A stretch of DNA of 61,789 bases, filler included, from Sanchytrium tribonematis (lineage: Eukaryota), in NCBI GenBank assembly GCA_018985235.1. It is 9 parts of 9 records of this genome, joined end to end, with 100 filler letters (N's around TTAATTAATTAA, not from the genome) between each part and the next. Parts side by side here need not be neighbours in the genome. Positions count along the whole stretch, not along the records: positions 6,930 to 13,759 come from JADGIG010000491.1; positions 13,860 to 20,684 come from JADGIG010000493.1; positions 20,785 to 27,595 come from JADGIG010000494.1; 6 more parts are not named here. One strand, 5' to 3'. A program made the position numbers and the translations under genes. Positions within the stretch are counted from its first letter, which is position 1. Every line of letters begins with the position of its first letter. Positions 10,146 to 21,936 of this stretch are shown in pieces. Under the pieces are notes generated by a model. It was not told where the DNA came from. It saw only the letters and a list, made by a program, of their open reading frames with translations, and did no database searches.

Positions 10146-11759
10146 TTATAAAAACCCACGTTTTTTCTTTTTCTTCTTCGGCTCAGCCTCGTTTTCTTGA
10201 GTACTAGGTTTTACGGTAGTCAGAGTTGGTGGCGATACAAAAGATGTTTCCATGAACATGGCAGCATCAACTTTGTCTTTTGGACAATTGAGCATTTGAT
10301 TAAATCGGTAAGAAAACTTACAAATCATGTCTGACGCTGGACCTGGATACTCCAAAATGGTTCCCTTTAGTTCGCTTTCCTGAAAATGTATTGTGTCCCA
10401 CGGAAATGTCTCGATGTTTGTGGAATCTGGCATCATGTCCATATTGGACTTTGGTCGTAAAAATTCCGGTTTTCCGTTTGCTTTGTTTTTAAAATCCAAT
10501 GATATTTTGTCCTGGTATGAAATCTCATCTTTTTGAATTGCTTCATCATTCTCAAAGTTATTGGAAACGTTAACAGAACCACCAATGTTGTGCCGCTTGA
10601 TAATTCTTCTATCACGAGATATCGAGGCTCTATACCTGGAATTATCATTGAAGCATAATATAACAGAATTAGAACTTTCGAAGCCTGCCGAAAGCAATTT
10701 CAAGTGTGAATTTTCTAAATCGTCATAAAATGCAAATTGATCTCCTAAGAATGGATAAATATCACTACTCTGCATATTGTAATTCGTCGACCAATGATTT
10801 TCTAGCAACTCAAATTCCACCATTTTTATAGATGGATAAGAGTGTGTACCAACAATGGCAATTATTTCATTTTTTTCAAATAATGCATCGTATAATTTTG
10901 GAGCCAAATCGCGAAATTCATGGTTTCTTCTTTTAATGGGAGTAGAAAACATTCTTATGTCATAAATATTGACTCCATCACTGTCGATACTCACATACAT
11001 CAAGTCATTTACCTTTTTTAGTCCAAAAAATTTCAAATGGCTTAATTCAATTAGTTTAGAAGCCTTTTTGTCTCTAGTATCAACAGAATATAAGTATTTT
11101 TCATTCATAAAAAGGATTTCTGAATCCCAACACCCATTTTGTAGTTGGCAAAATCGAAATTGTGGAGTTATGTCAAGCGATTTAAAATTATAAGATGCCA
11201 CTTTTCTATTATTTTCTAGATCAAATACTTTCATGTAGTAGTTTTCGATGCCTAAATAGATGATATCCTTATTAGGGTCAGGGAGCATGTCTGTTAATTT
11301 GTTTGGCTGTACAGTATAATTAAAATCGCCTGAACGAAATGATTTATATAGAATGCTGCACAATTGACGGATAAAAATACGATTGGAAGAAGTCTGAATG
11401 TCGAAAACTTGTCCAGATTCAATAAAGTCGTCTGGAAATAATGTCTGACCTTGAATTTTTACAAACAAACTACCAAATAGTGGATTATACAGTCGAGCTT
11501 GTCGTTCGCAATTTTTCTCGTTTTCAACATATCTCGAGAAAGACGATTTGTTTAGATATAGATTAGTAGAAGTATAATTTAATTTCATCTCGTCAATTAG
11601 TTGTTCCCTATTCCCTACTTTTAATATTTCATCTAAATAAATTTGATATGGTTCTTTAAAATATAATCCAGTATTTCCATCGCCATATATGCTTCCAACG
11701 AAACCACGTCTAGTGCCTGTAAAATATTTGTAATCGAGTGGTTGCGCATGAGGCAACAT
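10146..11759 (-). CDS. Divergent beta-propeller protein, possibly RRN6/TAF1C (Pol I core factor)
   Basis: 537 aa with propeller-like segments (IYDIRMFSTPI). The C-terminus KKKKKKRGFL resembles the Rrn6 tail. Confidence 0.5.
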   Translation of the reverse strand: MLPHAQPLDYKYFTGTRRGFVGSIYGDGNTGLYFKEPYQIYLDEILKVGNREQLIDEMKLNYTSTNLYLNKSSFSRYVENEKNCERQARLYNPLFGSLFVKIQGQTLFPDDFIESGQVFDIQTSSNRIFIRQLCSILYKSFRSGDFNYTVQPNKLTDMLPDPNKDIIYLGIENYYMKVFDLENNRKVASYNFKSLDITPQFRFCQLQNGCWDSEILFMNEKYLYSVDTRDKKASKLIELSHLKFFGLKKVNDLMYVSIDSDGVNIYDIRMFSTPIKRRNHEFRDLAPKLYDALFEKNEIIAIVGTHSYPSIKMVEFELLENHWSTNYNMQSSDIYPFLGDQFAFYDDLENSHLKLLSAGFESSNSVILCFNDNSRYRASISRDRRIIKRHNIGGSVNVSNNFENDEAIQKDEISYQDKISLDFKNKANGKPEFLRPKSNMDMMPDSTNIETFPWDTIHFQESELKGTILEYPGPASDMICKFSYRFNQMLNCPKDKVDAAMFMETSFVSPPTLTTVKPSTQENEAEPKKKKKKRGFL

Positions 11760-11782
11760 TAATTAAGAAATAGGATAAAACA

Positions 11783-12709
11783 ATGAGATTTGCAGTGGGT
11801 ACAACTACTCAAATTTTAACAAAAGAGAAAGTTTTTAACACAAATAGTAGTGTATTAGAAATTTCGAATAATCTGTTATTTAGTTATCATGATAATGCTC
11901 TCGTGATTCAAAATTGGAGTGGACAGACGAAAACCATTTCCATGCCAACCATTACAGCCATAAAATTTAGAAAATACTTGGTGATGGGGACTTCTCAAGG
12001 GAAGCTATTTATATATAATGATCAAGGTGACTTGTTAACGATAATTGAAGCACATTTTCAGAAAATTACCAGCATTGAATTGGATGAATATTATTTAATA
12101 ACAGGAAGTTCAGACGGGATTGTAAAGATTTGGTACATAGACCAAGTACTATCTCAGTCATTTAAGCCTGTAGATGAATACATGCATATGTTGGGTGTCT
12201 GTAGAATCAAAAAATTCAATAATATATTTTACAGTGCGTCAACTGACAGATTTATTAAACTGTACAGACATAGACTAATTGACTCTATAGAATTCGAAGA
12301 TGCAATTGCCGACTTTGATGTCGGATTACATGGTTTATGTATTTGTTTTCGAAATGGTCAAGTTGGGGTTTACAAAGATTCTTTTGTCCCGTACAAAGTA
12401 GTTGATGGTGTTAAAACAATTAGATGGGTTGGATTTCACATTGTGTGTGCTACTAGTAATGCTTATTTTGAATTTAATGAGCATGGTGATATTCTAAGTG
12501 AAAAACAAATTGAAAATATTACGTCCATCCATCCAATGCCCATTAAGCAAAATTTTATTAACAAAAAGGACATTCCCACACTTGGGAAAACAATACAAAA
12601 AAGAGAAATTTGGTTGGATATTGAACAGAAAATTTCAAACTCAGAACAATTTGTTAATAAAGTGTTGAATATTTATTGCTGCTCTTCATCATTGTACTTG
12701 AAACTTTGA
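11783..12709 (+). CDS. WD40 protein IPI3/WDR18-like (Rix1 complex)
   Basis: GTSQGKLFIY, AHFQKITSI, LITGSSDGIVKIW, YSASTDRFIKLY. Confidence 0.7.
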   Translation: MRFAVGTTTQILTKEKVFNTNSSVLEISNNLLFSYHDNALVIQNWSGQTKTISMPTITAIKFRKYLVMGTSQGKLFIYNDQGDLLTIIEAHFQKITSIELDEYYLITGSSDGIVKIWYIDQVLSQSFKPVDEYMHMLGVCRIKKFNNIFYSASTDRFIKLYRHRLIDSIEFEDAIADFDVGLHGLCICFRNGQVGVYKDSFVPYKVVDGVKTIRWVGFHIVCATSNAYFEFNEHGDILSEKQIENITSIHPMPIKQNFINKKDIPTLGKTIQKREIWLDIEQKISNSEQFVNKVLNIYCCSSSLYLKL

Positions 12710-13740
12710 TTGAGAAAATTTATAAATAAGGATTTGATGCTATTTTCATCGCTAGTACTTATATCAGATACATTTGTACCATCTTTTGTTCTCAAATTAA
12801 TAAATGATCTTTGCAATTCTTTGAGTTTTGTGCGAGTCAATTTATAAGGAATTATGAACTCTGTATCACAATCGCTGTATAGTTTGACAGCCGACCCAGG
12901 CGTGGTATTAGTTATTTTCATAAGGTCTTTAACGACTAAAGTGGTCATTTTGCTCAAAGTCTGCAAATAATTAGAGTCCGAGACTGGTTTAATCACGGTA
13001 GAAAAATTAGGGTTTTTAGTTTCACCATTAAAAATGAAGTCGCAAACATTTAAGAGAGGGTAATGGTCTACTGAATTAAGAGGTTGACTCGATTTATACG
13101 TACAAGACTCAGGCACAAGAGTAAACAATGGGGCGTCCCATCTATTAGATGCAATCGGCTCCTCATAACGAAAAATTAGATTATTAAATAAGTCTTCAGT
13201 ATATTTTGTATTCCATTTCCTAGCCAAATCCACTTGTGTCGCAATATGGAGAACACACCAAGGTGTACCAACTGCCCTGGCTATGCAATATAATTGATAT
13301 CGTAGGCCTTTTATATAATTCATTGCATCGACAATCACTATTGTTGAGGATGATAAATGTCGCTCAACAGCACTTAAATACATTCCTCTAACTTCTTTCT
13401 CAGAAGCCGAATTTTCATATAATTTACAGTCAACATGGAGCGACTCGTCATTCAAAACCACGATATAAAATTGCTTGCCATTGTAAATAATTGAGACGTT
13501 CTCCAAATTATCCAGCGAATTGGGATCAAAACTCAGTTTAGGAGATATAGCTGTAGTTTCAGAACGTCCAAAAAATCTAGCCATTGGATCAACTACAGAT
13601 GATTCATTTGAATTTAAATTAATTTCGTTTTTCAATATTTCAACTGGCTCGGTACAATATCTCCGAAGTAACTGTTTCAATTGTCTAGATCTAGTAGTTT
13701 TACCGGAAGATGGAAATCCAGTAATTGTAATTAAAGGCAT
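12673..13740 (-). CDS. KTI12: Elongator-associated KTI12
   Basis: MPLITITGFPSSGKTT, NYIKGLRYQLYCIAR, RYEEPIASNRWDAPLF. The 3' end overlaps the IPI3-like CDS by 37 nt. Confidence 0.95.
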   Translation of the reverse strand: MPLITITGFPSSGKTTRSRQLKQLLRRYCTEPVEILKNEINLNSNESSVVDPMARFFGRSETTAISPKLSFDPNSLDNLENVSIIYNGKQFYIVVLNDESLHVDCKLYENSASEKEVRGMYLSAVERHLSSSTIVIVDAMNYIKGLRYQLYCIARAVGTPWCVLHIATQVDLARKWNTKYTEDLFNNLIFRYEEPIASNRWDAPLFTLVPESCTYKSSQPLNSVDHYPLLNVCDFIFNGETKNPNFSTVIKPVSDSNYLQTLSKMTTLVVKDLMKITNTTPGSAVKLYSDCDTEFIIPYKLTRTKLKELQRSFINLRTKDGTNVSDISTSDENSIKSLFINFLNQSFKYNDEEQQ

Positions 13741-13759
13741 AGACAATGTTTCCTCCTTG

Positions 13760-13859
13760 NNNNNNNNNNNNNNNNNNNNNNNNNNNNNNNNNNNNNNNNN
13801 NNNTTAATTAATTAANNNNNNNNNNNNNNNNNNNNNNNNNNNNNNNNNNNNNNNNNNNN
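13760..13859. other. Artificial contig spacer
   Basis: N44-TTAATTAATTAA-N44. Confidence 0.98.
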
Positions 13860-14244
13860 GTAGTCCGAGTTCCTTCTCGTTAAACTCCACAAACAAACTT
13901 TACACTCAACACTTTTCTTTTTACACTTAAAATAAAAAACAAATATAAAAAAACAGAAGATGAAAGATATTTGGCTGACTGACGTAATATGATCTAATAG
14001 GTTAAATAATCGAGTTATATTCCTTAAAATCTACTTATTGCACATGGCACATAAACTGGAGTTTCATTTGGATGCTTTGAGTTGGAATTGTATTTATTGT
14101 ACTAAATTTGCATAAGATGTTGATTATCGGGAAAGAGCTAGACGCAAAATTAATGCATTTGTGGGATCGAATACATATCCTTCAGCTTCGGTATGTTAAT
14201 AAATCCTCCTCTTTCTTTATTTCTTTCTTACGATTCCCCTCAAA

Positions 14245-15250
14245 ATGAAAAAACGCTACTTTGTACTTCCGGCTTTGGCATTAGCTATTATTTACTATAC
14301 AAAATCAAATCTCAGGCGTTCTTTATTGAGCAATAGCAAGGAATCGAACATATCAAGAAGATACAAGCATTTTCAAATGGATTTACGATTTACGATGGAT
14401 CAAATTTTGGCGCTTCTCGACATCAAAGAAATAGACCTTGACCTCATCCTACAATCATTGTCACAATTTAAAAATTCAGACAAAGTATTAATAGAAGGTG
14501 AATATCGTGATAAGTTAAGTGCTTGGAACTTGTTTAAGTCCAAATGCATTCAAAAATTAATTACGAAATTGTATTGTTCCAGTGCCTTGTGCCTTTTAGT
14601 GAATATCCAAATGAATATATTGGGAAAATACTTATATTTACAAAGCGTAGGGGAGTTAAATAATAGTAAGATTTGCTTTACTTCAAAGTTGTCACAATCA
14701 AAGTTCCTAGAGTTAACAAATTACATCATTGAAGAGGGTTGGAGAAAATTACATGTAGACCTATCTGTGGTGGAATGTGTCGAATTAAATCAGGCACTGA
14801 CATGTAAAGATTTCTCAAAAGTGATTCAATCAGTCCGTGAAAAAATTGAAATTCACGATATCAATGAGAATTTTAAAAATATAATATTGCCAGATCCAGT
14901 ATCCCACATTGACATGTCCGACCATTCTGTCGTTGGCATGGCACGACTCAATTCTGAACTTTACGATGTCGTCGAGAGGTAATTTCTATTTACGAAGTAA
15001 GGACTTCCATCTTGTATTAGCACAGCTTTTCGACATTTCTTTTATGAATTTTGAAACAGAACTGCAAAGTTATTATAAGAGCATTAAAGCGGAGTGTTTG
15101 CCTTTTGCCAAATTATTACCATTTGTTGTAAAAGAATGTAAAATGATAAATCGGCCGCAATCTAAATACTGTCAAAGCCTTGAAGCATCATCACTGCTAA
15201 GTATGCTTAACGCTTCAATTTATACTTCGTTTGAAAATTTCGGCGGATAA
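14245..15250 (+). CDS. PEX3: Peroxin-3; 2 exons 14245-14978 and 14998-15250
   Basis: Basic residues plus TM at the N-terminus, KENISRRY-like segment, KLSAWNLFK, IQMNILGKYLY. Spliced junction DVVE-SKDF; LPFAKLLP; C-terminal ASIYTSF. Confidence 0.88.
14979..14997 (+). other. 19-nt intron in PEX3 (gtaatttctatttacgaag)
   Basis: GT-AG; joins ORFs 14245 and 14909 in frame (DVVES-KDF, matching Pex3 D..ES.DF). Confidence 0.88.
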
Positions 15251-15287
15251 CAATATCAACACTTTTTAGTAAATTGTTTTTCCAACA

Positions 15288-18200
15288 ATGTTTCAATCAT
15301 CTTTGCAGAAACTTAACATACATTTGAAGCAAAATTACGAATACCCTTCTCAAAAGCAGCAAATCTTGCAAAGTATCCAGGAGAATCTTTCCAAATCTCC
15401 ACTGTTAATGCTGGATGTACTGGTCAAATATTCGCAAGTAGACAAATTGCCACAGTCTTATGTTGAGACAATTTTGAATTCCGAGCTTCAATTGAAACCA
15501 AATGAGATGCTCATGATGGGGCAACTCATATATCTTAGCGTGAAAACTTGTCTTCAAAATTTTGAAAAAAAAGATATAGATTATTTGCTGCTTTGTATGA
15601 GAAAGCTCTACGCATATTATAAGCAGAGTAATAGCAGCCAGCTGGGGGCGCTCTTTCTGCAGCTCACTCAACCATCCGACTCAAATGAGTCCTTGAAGCA
15701 ATACTATAATGATATATTATTGGTCTTATGCAAATTATCCGTCAAATATTCAGACGAATTACCTCTCTTCTGCATTATGTATTTAGCAAAGCAAAAATAC
15801 TTTAATTACAACGTCTTGTTGCCAATGACTTTAAATTTGAAAAGAAGTAGTAACAATATCATTTCAACGCATTTATTGAGTCACACTATCGAACTGCAGC
15901 CGCTATTCCCGTATCACTTCGAAATTTATTACAAATTGTTTTTAACTAATTTCAATGAGCACTCAATCTCTGTTTTATCAAACTTAGACTGTAAATATTG
16001 GATTGAATGGTACATAAACTACGATTGCAATCCTTTAATGCAAATCAATTTGCTGGAGAAGATCATACTATGGCTCATGAAATGTATCACTAATGGTACA
16101 GAGTTTGAGAAATCCTCTCTTGATCTACAAGAACCGTCCTATCCGACTTCTAATACAAACTTGATGGGTTCTGCACAAATGCGATCTTTTGCTTTAAAAA
16201 GACTAGTTCTAATTTTGCAAAAATGGGTTTCTTGGATGGAACAGCCGGTACCTGTTGAGCATGAAGAACATCCACGTTCCGCGATTACACAAAAGCAATT
16301 TAAGTCCACTTTAGAAGAAGGTATCAAAAAATTTAACATAAAGCCGAAACATGGAATTCAATTTTTGATTCAAAACAATTGTATAGCCTCAAACACAACT
16401 CTTGCAATTGCCAACTTTTTATTTCAAAATGGTCATTCACTTGATAAAACTTCATTGGGAGATTATCTCGGAGAACTTGAATTTCAAGATTTGATGAGAG
16501 CCTTTGTGGATTTGTACGATTTTCGGGATTTGTCCTTTTTATCTGCTTTGAGGTTACTGTTGACCAAATTTCGGTTACCTGGTGAAGCGCAGAAGATTGA
16601 CAGGATCATGCTAAAATTTGCTGAACGCTTTACTTTGATGAATCCTGAAGTATTTGCTAACGCTGATACTGCTTACATTTTGGCTTATAGCGTGATTATG
16701 TTGAACACAGATCTCCATAATCCACAAGTCAAAAATAGGATGACCACTGAAGATTTTATAAAGAATAACAGAGGAATCGACGACAAAAAGGATCTTCCAC
16801 GTGCGCTTTTGGAGTCGATTTACTCCGAGATACGGGATGATGAAATCAAACTCGACCAAAAAGTAAAATTAGTGCAGGCTCAGGGATTTGTCCCAGGACA
16901 GAAGCAAGAAAATGCTATGGAGGATAGTTTAATTGCAATTGAAAAAGAATTTAGAAAACTTGAGAGCAAAGGTAAGAGTGGTCATTTAAAAGACTTTCAA
17001 GAATTGTCGTCTCAAAAGATACCCACAGAACTTCAGAATGAGTCAGCAACACCATCCCCAAGGCAGTCTGTACCCAACTCACCAATGAGTGACATTCAGA
17101 GCGCAGTAGATTTTAAGTATGTTAAAGCTTCACATCCTGATCATATACGAGATATGTTCCAGTTGGTCTGGACAAGTTTGTTGACTGCCTTTTCGCATCC
17201 TTTACAGTACAGTGATTTAGACAATGTTGTAGAGGATGCATTGAATGGATTCATCCAAGCTTGTCATATTGCTTGTAAGTTCAAGTTGAAAACTGAGAAA
17301 GATGCCTTTGTTACCACTTTATCGAAATATACTTTTTTGTCATCATTGAGCGACATCACCTCTAGGAATTCCATGACTGTTATAGCTTTATTGGACATTG
17401 CCGCGAAGGAAGGTGACTATCTAGCCGGAAATTGGCACGTAATTTTATCATGTATCAGTGAACTTGACAGACTCAGAATTTTACCATCCAGTGGAGAATC
17501 ATTATTAAGAAGCGAATCCAATTCTAGCCTGAACGAGCCGAAACGCAAAGACTCCAATCTAATATCGCAGCCCACTTTCATGAGTAGTAGAAAGATTACA
17601 GCTCCGCGAGCACAACGTAATAATATTGAGGACACAAAAATGAGTGAATCCCAAATTCAAGAAATTGTTGTTAAAGTCGATAAAATTTTGAGCGCCTCCT
17701 CAAATTTATCCGGTCCTAGCATTTGTGAGTTTGTTCAATGTATGTGTCAGATCAGTGAGGAAGAGCTGTCAAGCAAGAATCCCCGAATGTTTTGCCTATC
17801 TAAATTAGTTGAAATTAGTTACTATAACATGGAAAGAATACGTGTTGAGTGGACGCAGCTATGGCAAATTCTTGGGCACCATTTTTATAAAGTTGGAATT
17901 CATACAAATCAACAGATTGCTGCATTTGCGGTAGATAGCTTACGCCAATTAAGCATGAAGTTTATGGAAAAAGAAGAATTGCCAAATTTTAAATTTCAAA
18001 GAGAATTTTTGAATCCATTTAGTCAAATCATTGAAGACTCCAATTATGATGAAATTCGAGATTTGGTGTTACGTTGCATTAATCAAATTGTTCAGTCAAA
18101 ATTTCAGGCAATCAAATCTGGCTGGGCTACAATTTGCTCTATACTCTTTCTATCAAGCAAATCTGTAACTGAAAGTGTAGTTTCACTTGGGTTTGATACA

Positions 18201-19545
18201 ATGAAAAGTTTATCTTCTCATTATTTGCTGCTTATAGATAACTCATCATTTTCTGAGTATTTATTAACATTAGCTGAATTTTGTAATTGTAAAGCATTTC
18301 CCAAAATTAGCCTCCAAAGTATTGAACTGCTCCATTCCATCCTCGATCTTTGCAACGCGACTAAATTTGAGGACCAAGAAACAAAAATGTGGCTACCGAT
18401 TCTGATAGCTCTCCAGGAAATTGTATTGAAGTGTGATCTTGAGGTCCGTACTCGTGCTCTGACGTATCTTTTTGATTCACTTAATACTCTAGGTGTAAAT
18501 TTCAATTCCTCTTTTTGGAAAATTATAATGGATGACGTTTTAGGCAATTTATTTAAACTTCTTGATGATAACGACAGCAATACTATAGAGGAAACTAATA
18601 TTTGGCTATCTACTACCATGATCCAGGTGCTTCGTCATTACGTTGAATTTTACTCCAAATATTTTGAAGAATTACAATCTTACTTAAATTACTTTCTAAA
18701 CCTTTTGCAAAAATGCATTCTTCACGGTAGTTTACGCTTATTCAGAAAATGAGACAATTGCAAGACTGGGTACCTCATGTTTGCAGCAATTTGTTGAAAA
18801 TAATTTTCAATTACTCAAGGCAGATTCTTGGGATTTAATTACAAACGGAATTATCACTCTATTTCAAACAACGACTGCAAATCAATTGTTTACATCTTTT
18901 TCGCATCTTTCATATGATATTGAGGATAAATCTCCCATTATATCTCCCGTAGAAGACAATAATCAGGACAATATTTTGTTCCAAAAAGTAATAAGTCAAT
19001 GTGTGTTGCAATTGTTACTAATACATTTAATTGACGACCTTGTCAATAACACTAAGGGTTTGTACGAAACCGTTGATTCCAATTTTCTCATCAAGCTATG
19101 TGACTGCCTGGAGGCGAGTTACGATTTTGCTAATAGATTTAATTGTGACGAAAAATTGAGATTCAATTTATGGAAAGCCGGATTCATGAAGCAAAGGCCC
19201 AATTTACACAAGCAAGAAGCTACTAGCATAATGTGCCTTATTTCCATTTTACTAAAATTAATTACTGCAAATCCGGAATTGGAAAACAGAACCGCAAAGG
19301 TCATAGAGAGATTAATATCGACATATCTAAGTGCAGAATCGAAAGAAGAAAAACGAGGAAAAAATGCAGTCAAACCGGCTATCGAATTGGTATTAGACTA
19401 TTTCACTGTCATGGCGGACGAAATATTTGATCGAATCGGTAAATCAATGTTTCGATCTTTCATTCTAATAGCAAAAATGGAAAATGACGAGATTTTACGC
19501 ATTAAAGTTTGCGATGTATTAGATAGATATTTCATATATTTGTAA
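15288..19545 (+). CDS. SEC7: Large Arf-GEF SEC7/BIG; 2 exons 15288-18726 and 18746-19545
   Basis: FRLPGEAQKIDR, LAYSVIMLNTDLHNPQVK, YYNMERIRVEW, AVDSLRQLSMKF. Spliced junction CILH-ENETIARLGTSCLQ; C-terminal LWKAGFMKQRPNLHKQE. Confidence 0.95.
18727..18745 (+). other. 19-nt intron in SEC7 (gtagtttacgcttattcag)
   Basis: GT-AG; restores the conserved ENET.AR.G.SCLQ motif. Confidence 0.92.
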
Positions 19546-19747
19546 ATAAATATAAAGTCTTTAGCAGATCAAGGGGAGTTGACAGAATCTTCTAATCTAT
19601 AAATTTGAAAAATATGGGTCTTAATTATCCACTCAAGTCTCCCTGGAAAGTTGAGCTGCTAAAAGATTTAATACCACCCTTAAAATCGACAGCAAAATCG
19701 GATTGTTGATTGTTTTTATATATAAATTTTCAGACACTCCTTTTAAA

Positions 19748-20662
19748 ATGTCACTTCCTTGGTTGAAAGTTACTTACTCAGACTCTAATAATTCTTCCAG
19801 ATCTTTCTGTATACAATGTATATCTTGCATAAAATTCGACTGTTCAAAATGTGGGCAAATACACCTAACTTCGGGAAACGGTGGCTTCAGTTGTCTCAAT
19901 TGTAAAAAAACATTCGAAATTAGTGGAAGCAAAGCTACTGGACAGGTCCTTATGGATTTCAATAATTTCATCTACTATTATGGAAATTTGTTGACAGACA
20001 GTAACGTAAGAATCGGATTTTTGCATTCAAAATCATTCTCAAGCGCAATAGAAGCTCAAAACATGGACGTTTCTGAAAAATCAAGCACACTGGTTATGGT
20101 GTATGACACCTTTATAGACTTTTTCGCAACTACAATAGGAGATAATAAGTATGAAAGAATCAGACCCAGAATTAGTCTTAAAAAGTGTAAACTACTTCAA
20201 ATGAATGAGAGATCAAAAGGATTTGTATTAGAAATACAAGAGGAAGAATCCATTTTGTTATGGAGCGAAGTTCAAGACTTTCAACATCTTTGGATCAAGT
20301 CCATCAGTTCCAAAATGAATAAAATGGAGAAGAGATCGAAAATTAAAAATCCCCCATCTCCCCAGAGCCGCGCAATGAGACCTGTATTAGACAAACGTAT
20401 TGCTGACCCGGAAAAAGATCCTTTTTATCCATTATTGGAGAAATTAATGGATTCTTTTCCTGAACTTAACAAAGGTAAAACGTTGAATAATACGGGAAAC
20501 ACTCTAACGAACGATTTAATGCAAGGCAAATCCAGTGAATTTGACTATACTCAAAAGTCCCATTCCGATGTACGAGAAAAGCAAACTGAAATCAAGCCAC
20601 CTACTCCAGCTACAAATGCAAATATTTTGGCAAAATTAGACGAATATTTCCAATTTAAGTAA
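19748..20662 (+). CDS. Hypothetical protein with CxxC pairs and a PH-like domain
   Basis: CSKCG and CLNCK pairs; PH-like terminal helix DFQHLWIKSI. ATG 19748. Confidence 0.55.
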   Translation: MSLPWLKVTYSDSNNSSRSFCIQCISCIKFDCSKCGQIHLTSGNGGFSCLNCKKTFEISGSKATGQVLMDFNNFIYYYGNLLTDSNVRIGFLHSKSFSSAIEAQNMDVSEKSSTLVMVYDTFIDFFATTIGDNKYERIRPRISLKKCKLLQMNERSKGFVLEIQEEESILLWSEVQDFQHLWIKSISSKMNKMEKRSKIKNPPSPQSRAMRPVLDKRIADPEKDPFYPLLEKLMDSFPELNKGKTLNNTGNTLTNDLMQGKSSEFDYTQKSHSDVREKQTEIKPPTPATNANILAKLDEYFQFK

Positions 20663-20684
20663 AAGTCTAGCTACATAGTAATTT

Positions 20685-20784
20685 NNNNNNNNNNNNNNNN
20701 NNNNNNNNNNNNNNNNNNNNNNNNNNNNTTAATTAATTAANNNNNNNNNNNNNNNNNNNNNNNNNNNNNNNNNNNNNNNNNNNN
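20685..20784. other. Artificial contig spacer
   Basis: N44-TTAATTAATTAA-N44. Confidence 0.98.
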
Positions 20785-20785
20785 A

Positions 20786-21932
20786 ATCGAAGAAGAGCTA
20801 AATAATCAAATCCAGGAGTGTAAATTTGACTACATTGCAGAAAATATCTCACTTGGGTCGCCTCTAGCTTTGGGCAGATTAAAAAGCGAGCCAATTTCAA
20901 TTCAGGCCAATTCTGACTTTAATTTTATAGGATGTAAAAATGGAGATTTGTGGATATATGGTAGAAATTTTAAATCTTTAATTCAATTTGGCTCTATAAT
21001 ACACATAGGATTATCTCCGAATGGTAAGTTTTTGGCTATTAGTTGTCAAAAAAATATTTTTCTGTATTATATTAACAATTACACCTGTACTCACACAGGT
21101 CCCAAGCTCAAGTATATAGAAAGTTCTCTAATACTAAGGCTTCTTAAAAAACTTACTGGCCATCGAAAATTGGTCACATTTTTAAAATTTGATTCAGATA
21201 ACGCCACACTATATTCTGTTTCTAATGAACGATGCCTGAAAGTGTGGAACGTACGATATTCTGATGCAACCCAAGTGAACGATTCTGGATATATGGATAC
21301 ACTATTTGGTCATCAGGATATAATTACTGGATTATCATTACTGGTGGAAAACAAGCCCATCACAATTGGCAACAGAGACAAGACTTGCAGAATATTCAAC
21401 ACTATTCAAAGCACTCAATTGATTTATAGATTACCTCATGAATCTGACAGTTGTACTTCATTAACCGTTATCAATTTAAAACACTTTATCGTAGGAACAG
21501 CTGCGGGACACTTAATGCTATTTAATATCCAAAAGAAGAAACCGATTTACACTTTAAAAACAGCTCATGGATTTGTTTCAAAGAAAACCTTGTGTGGGAA
21601 AATTGATATTGCAAATCCAGTGATGAATCTTTGCAGTCAAATCAATACTGATTTAGTTGCCTCTAGTTCCGGGACTGAAATGATTATTTGGAAATGTGAC
21701 ATAAATGTGCCTATCATTTTTCAGGTAAAGAAACTAATCTTTGTATTTTTATTTTATTTAGGGTGCTTTGGTTACTAGCGTATTTTTAAACGATTGCCAA
21801 CTTGGCATAGGTACAGGTATAAATCAGAAAGATGGGAGATTCCCCAAAGATTCCTCGTTGCTCAAAACAGAAAAATTTTCTTTGTGCAGAAATTCGGTTT
21901 TTATTTACAAATTCAAATGCAACTCGGAATAA
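20786..21932 (+). CDS. RRP9: U3 snoRNP WD40 protein RRP9/U3-55K (5' partial); exons ..21742 and 21762-21932
   Basis: GYMDTLFGHQD, GNRDKTCRIF, STQLIYR, KKKPIY. Spliced exon 2 GALVTSVF...GIGTGINQKDGRF...RNSVFIY matches the RRP9 terminal blade (G.V.SL...G.G.E.R.GRW). Confidence 0.85.
21743..21761 (+). other. 19-nt intron in RRP9 (gtatttttattttatttag)
   Basis: GT-AG; opens a 56-codon terminal exon with RRP9-like sequence. Confidence 0.85.
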
Positions 21933-21936
21933 AATA

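Noticed and set aside
13860..14244. 385-nt non-coding stretch upstream of PEX3 as a possible RNA gene
   Set aside because: No tRNA cloverleaf, snRNA motif or convincing long stem was found by eye. It lies at a contig edge.
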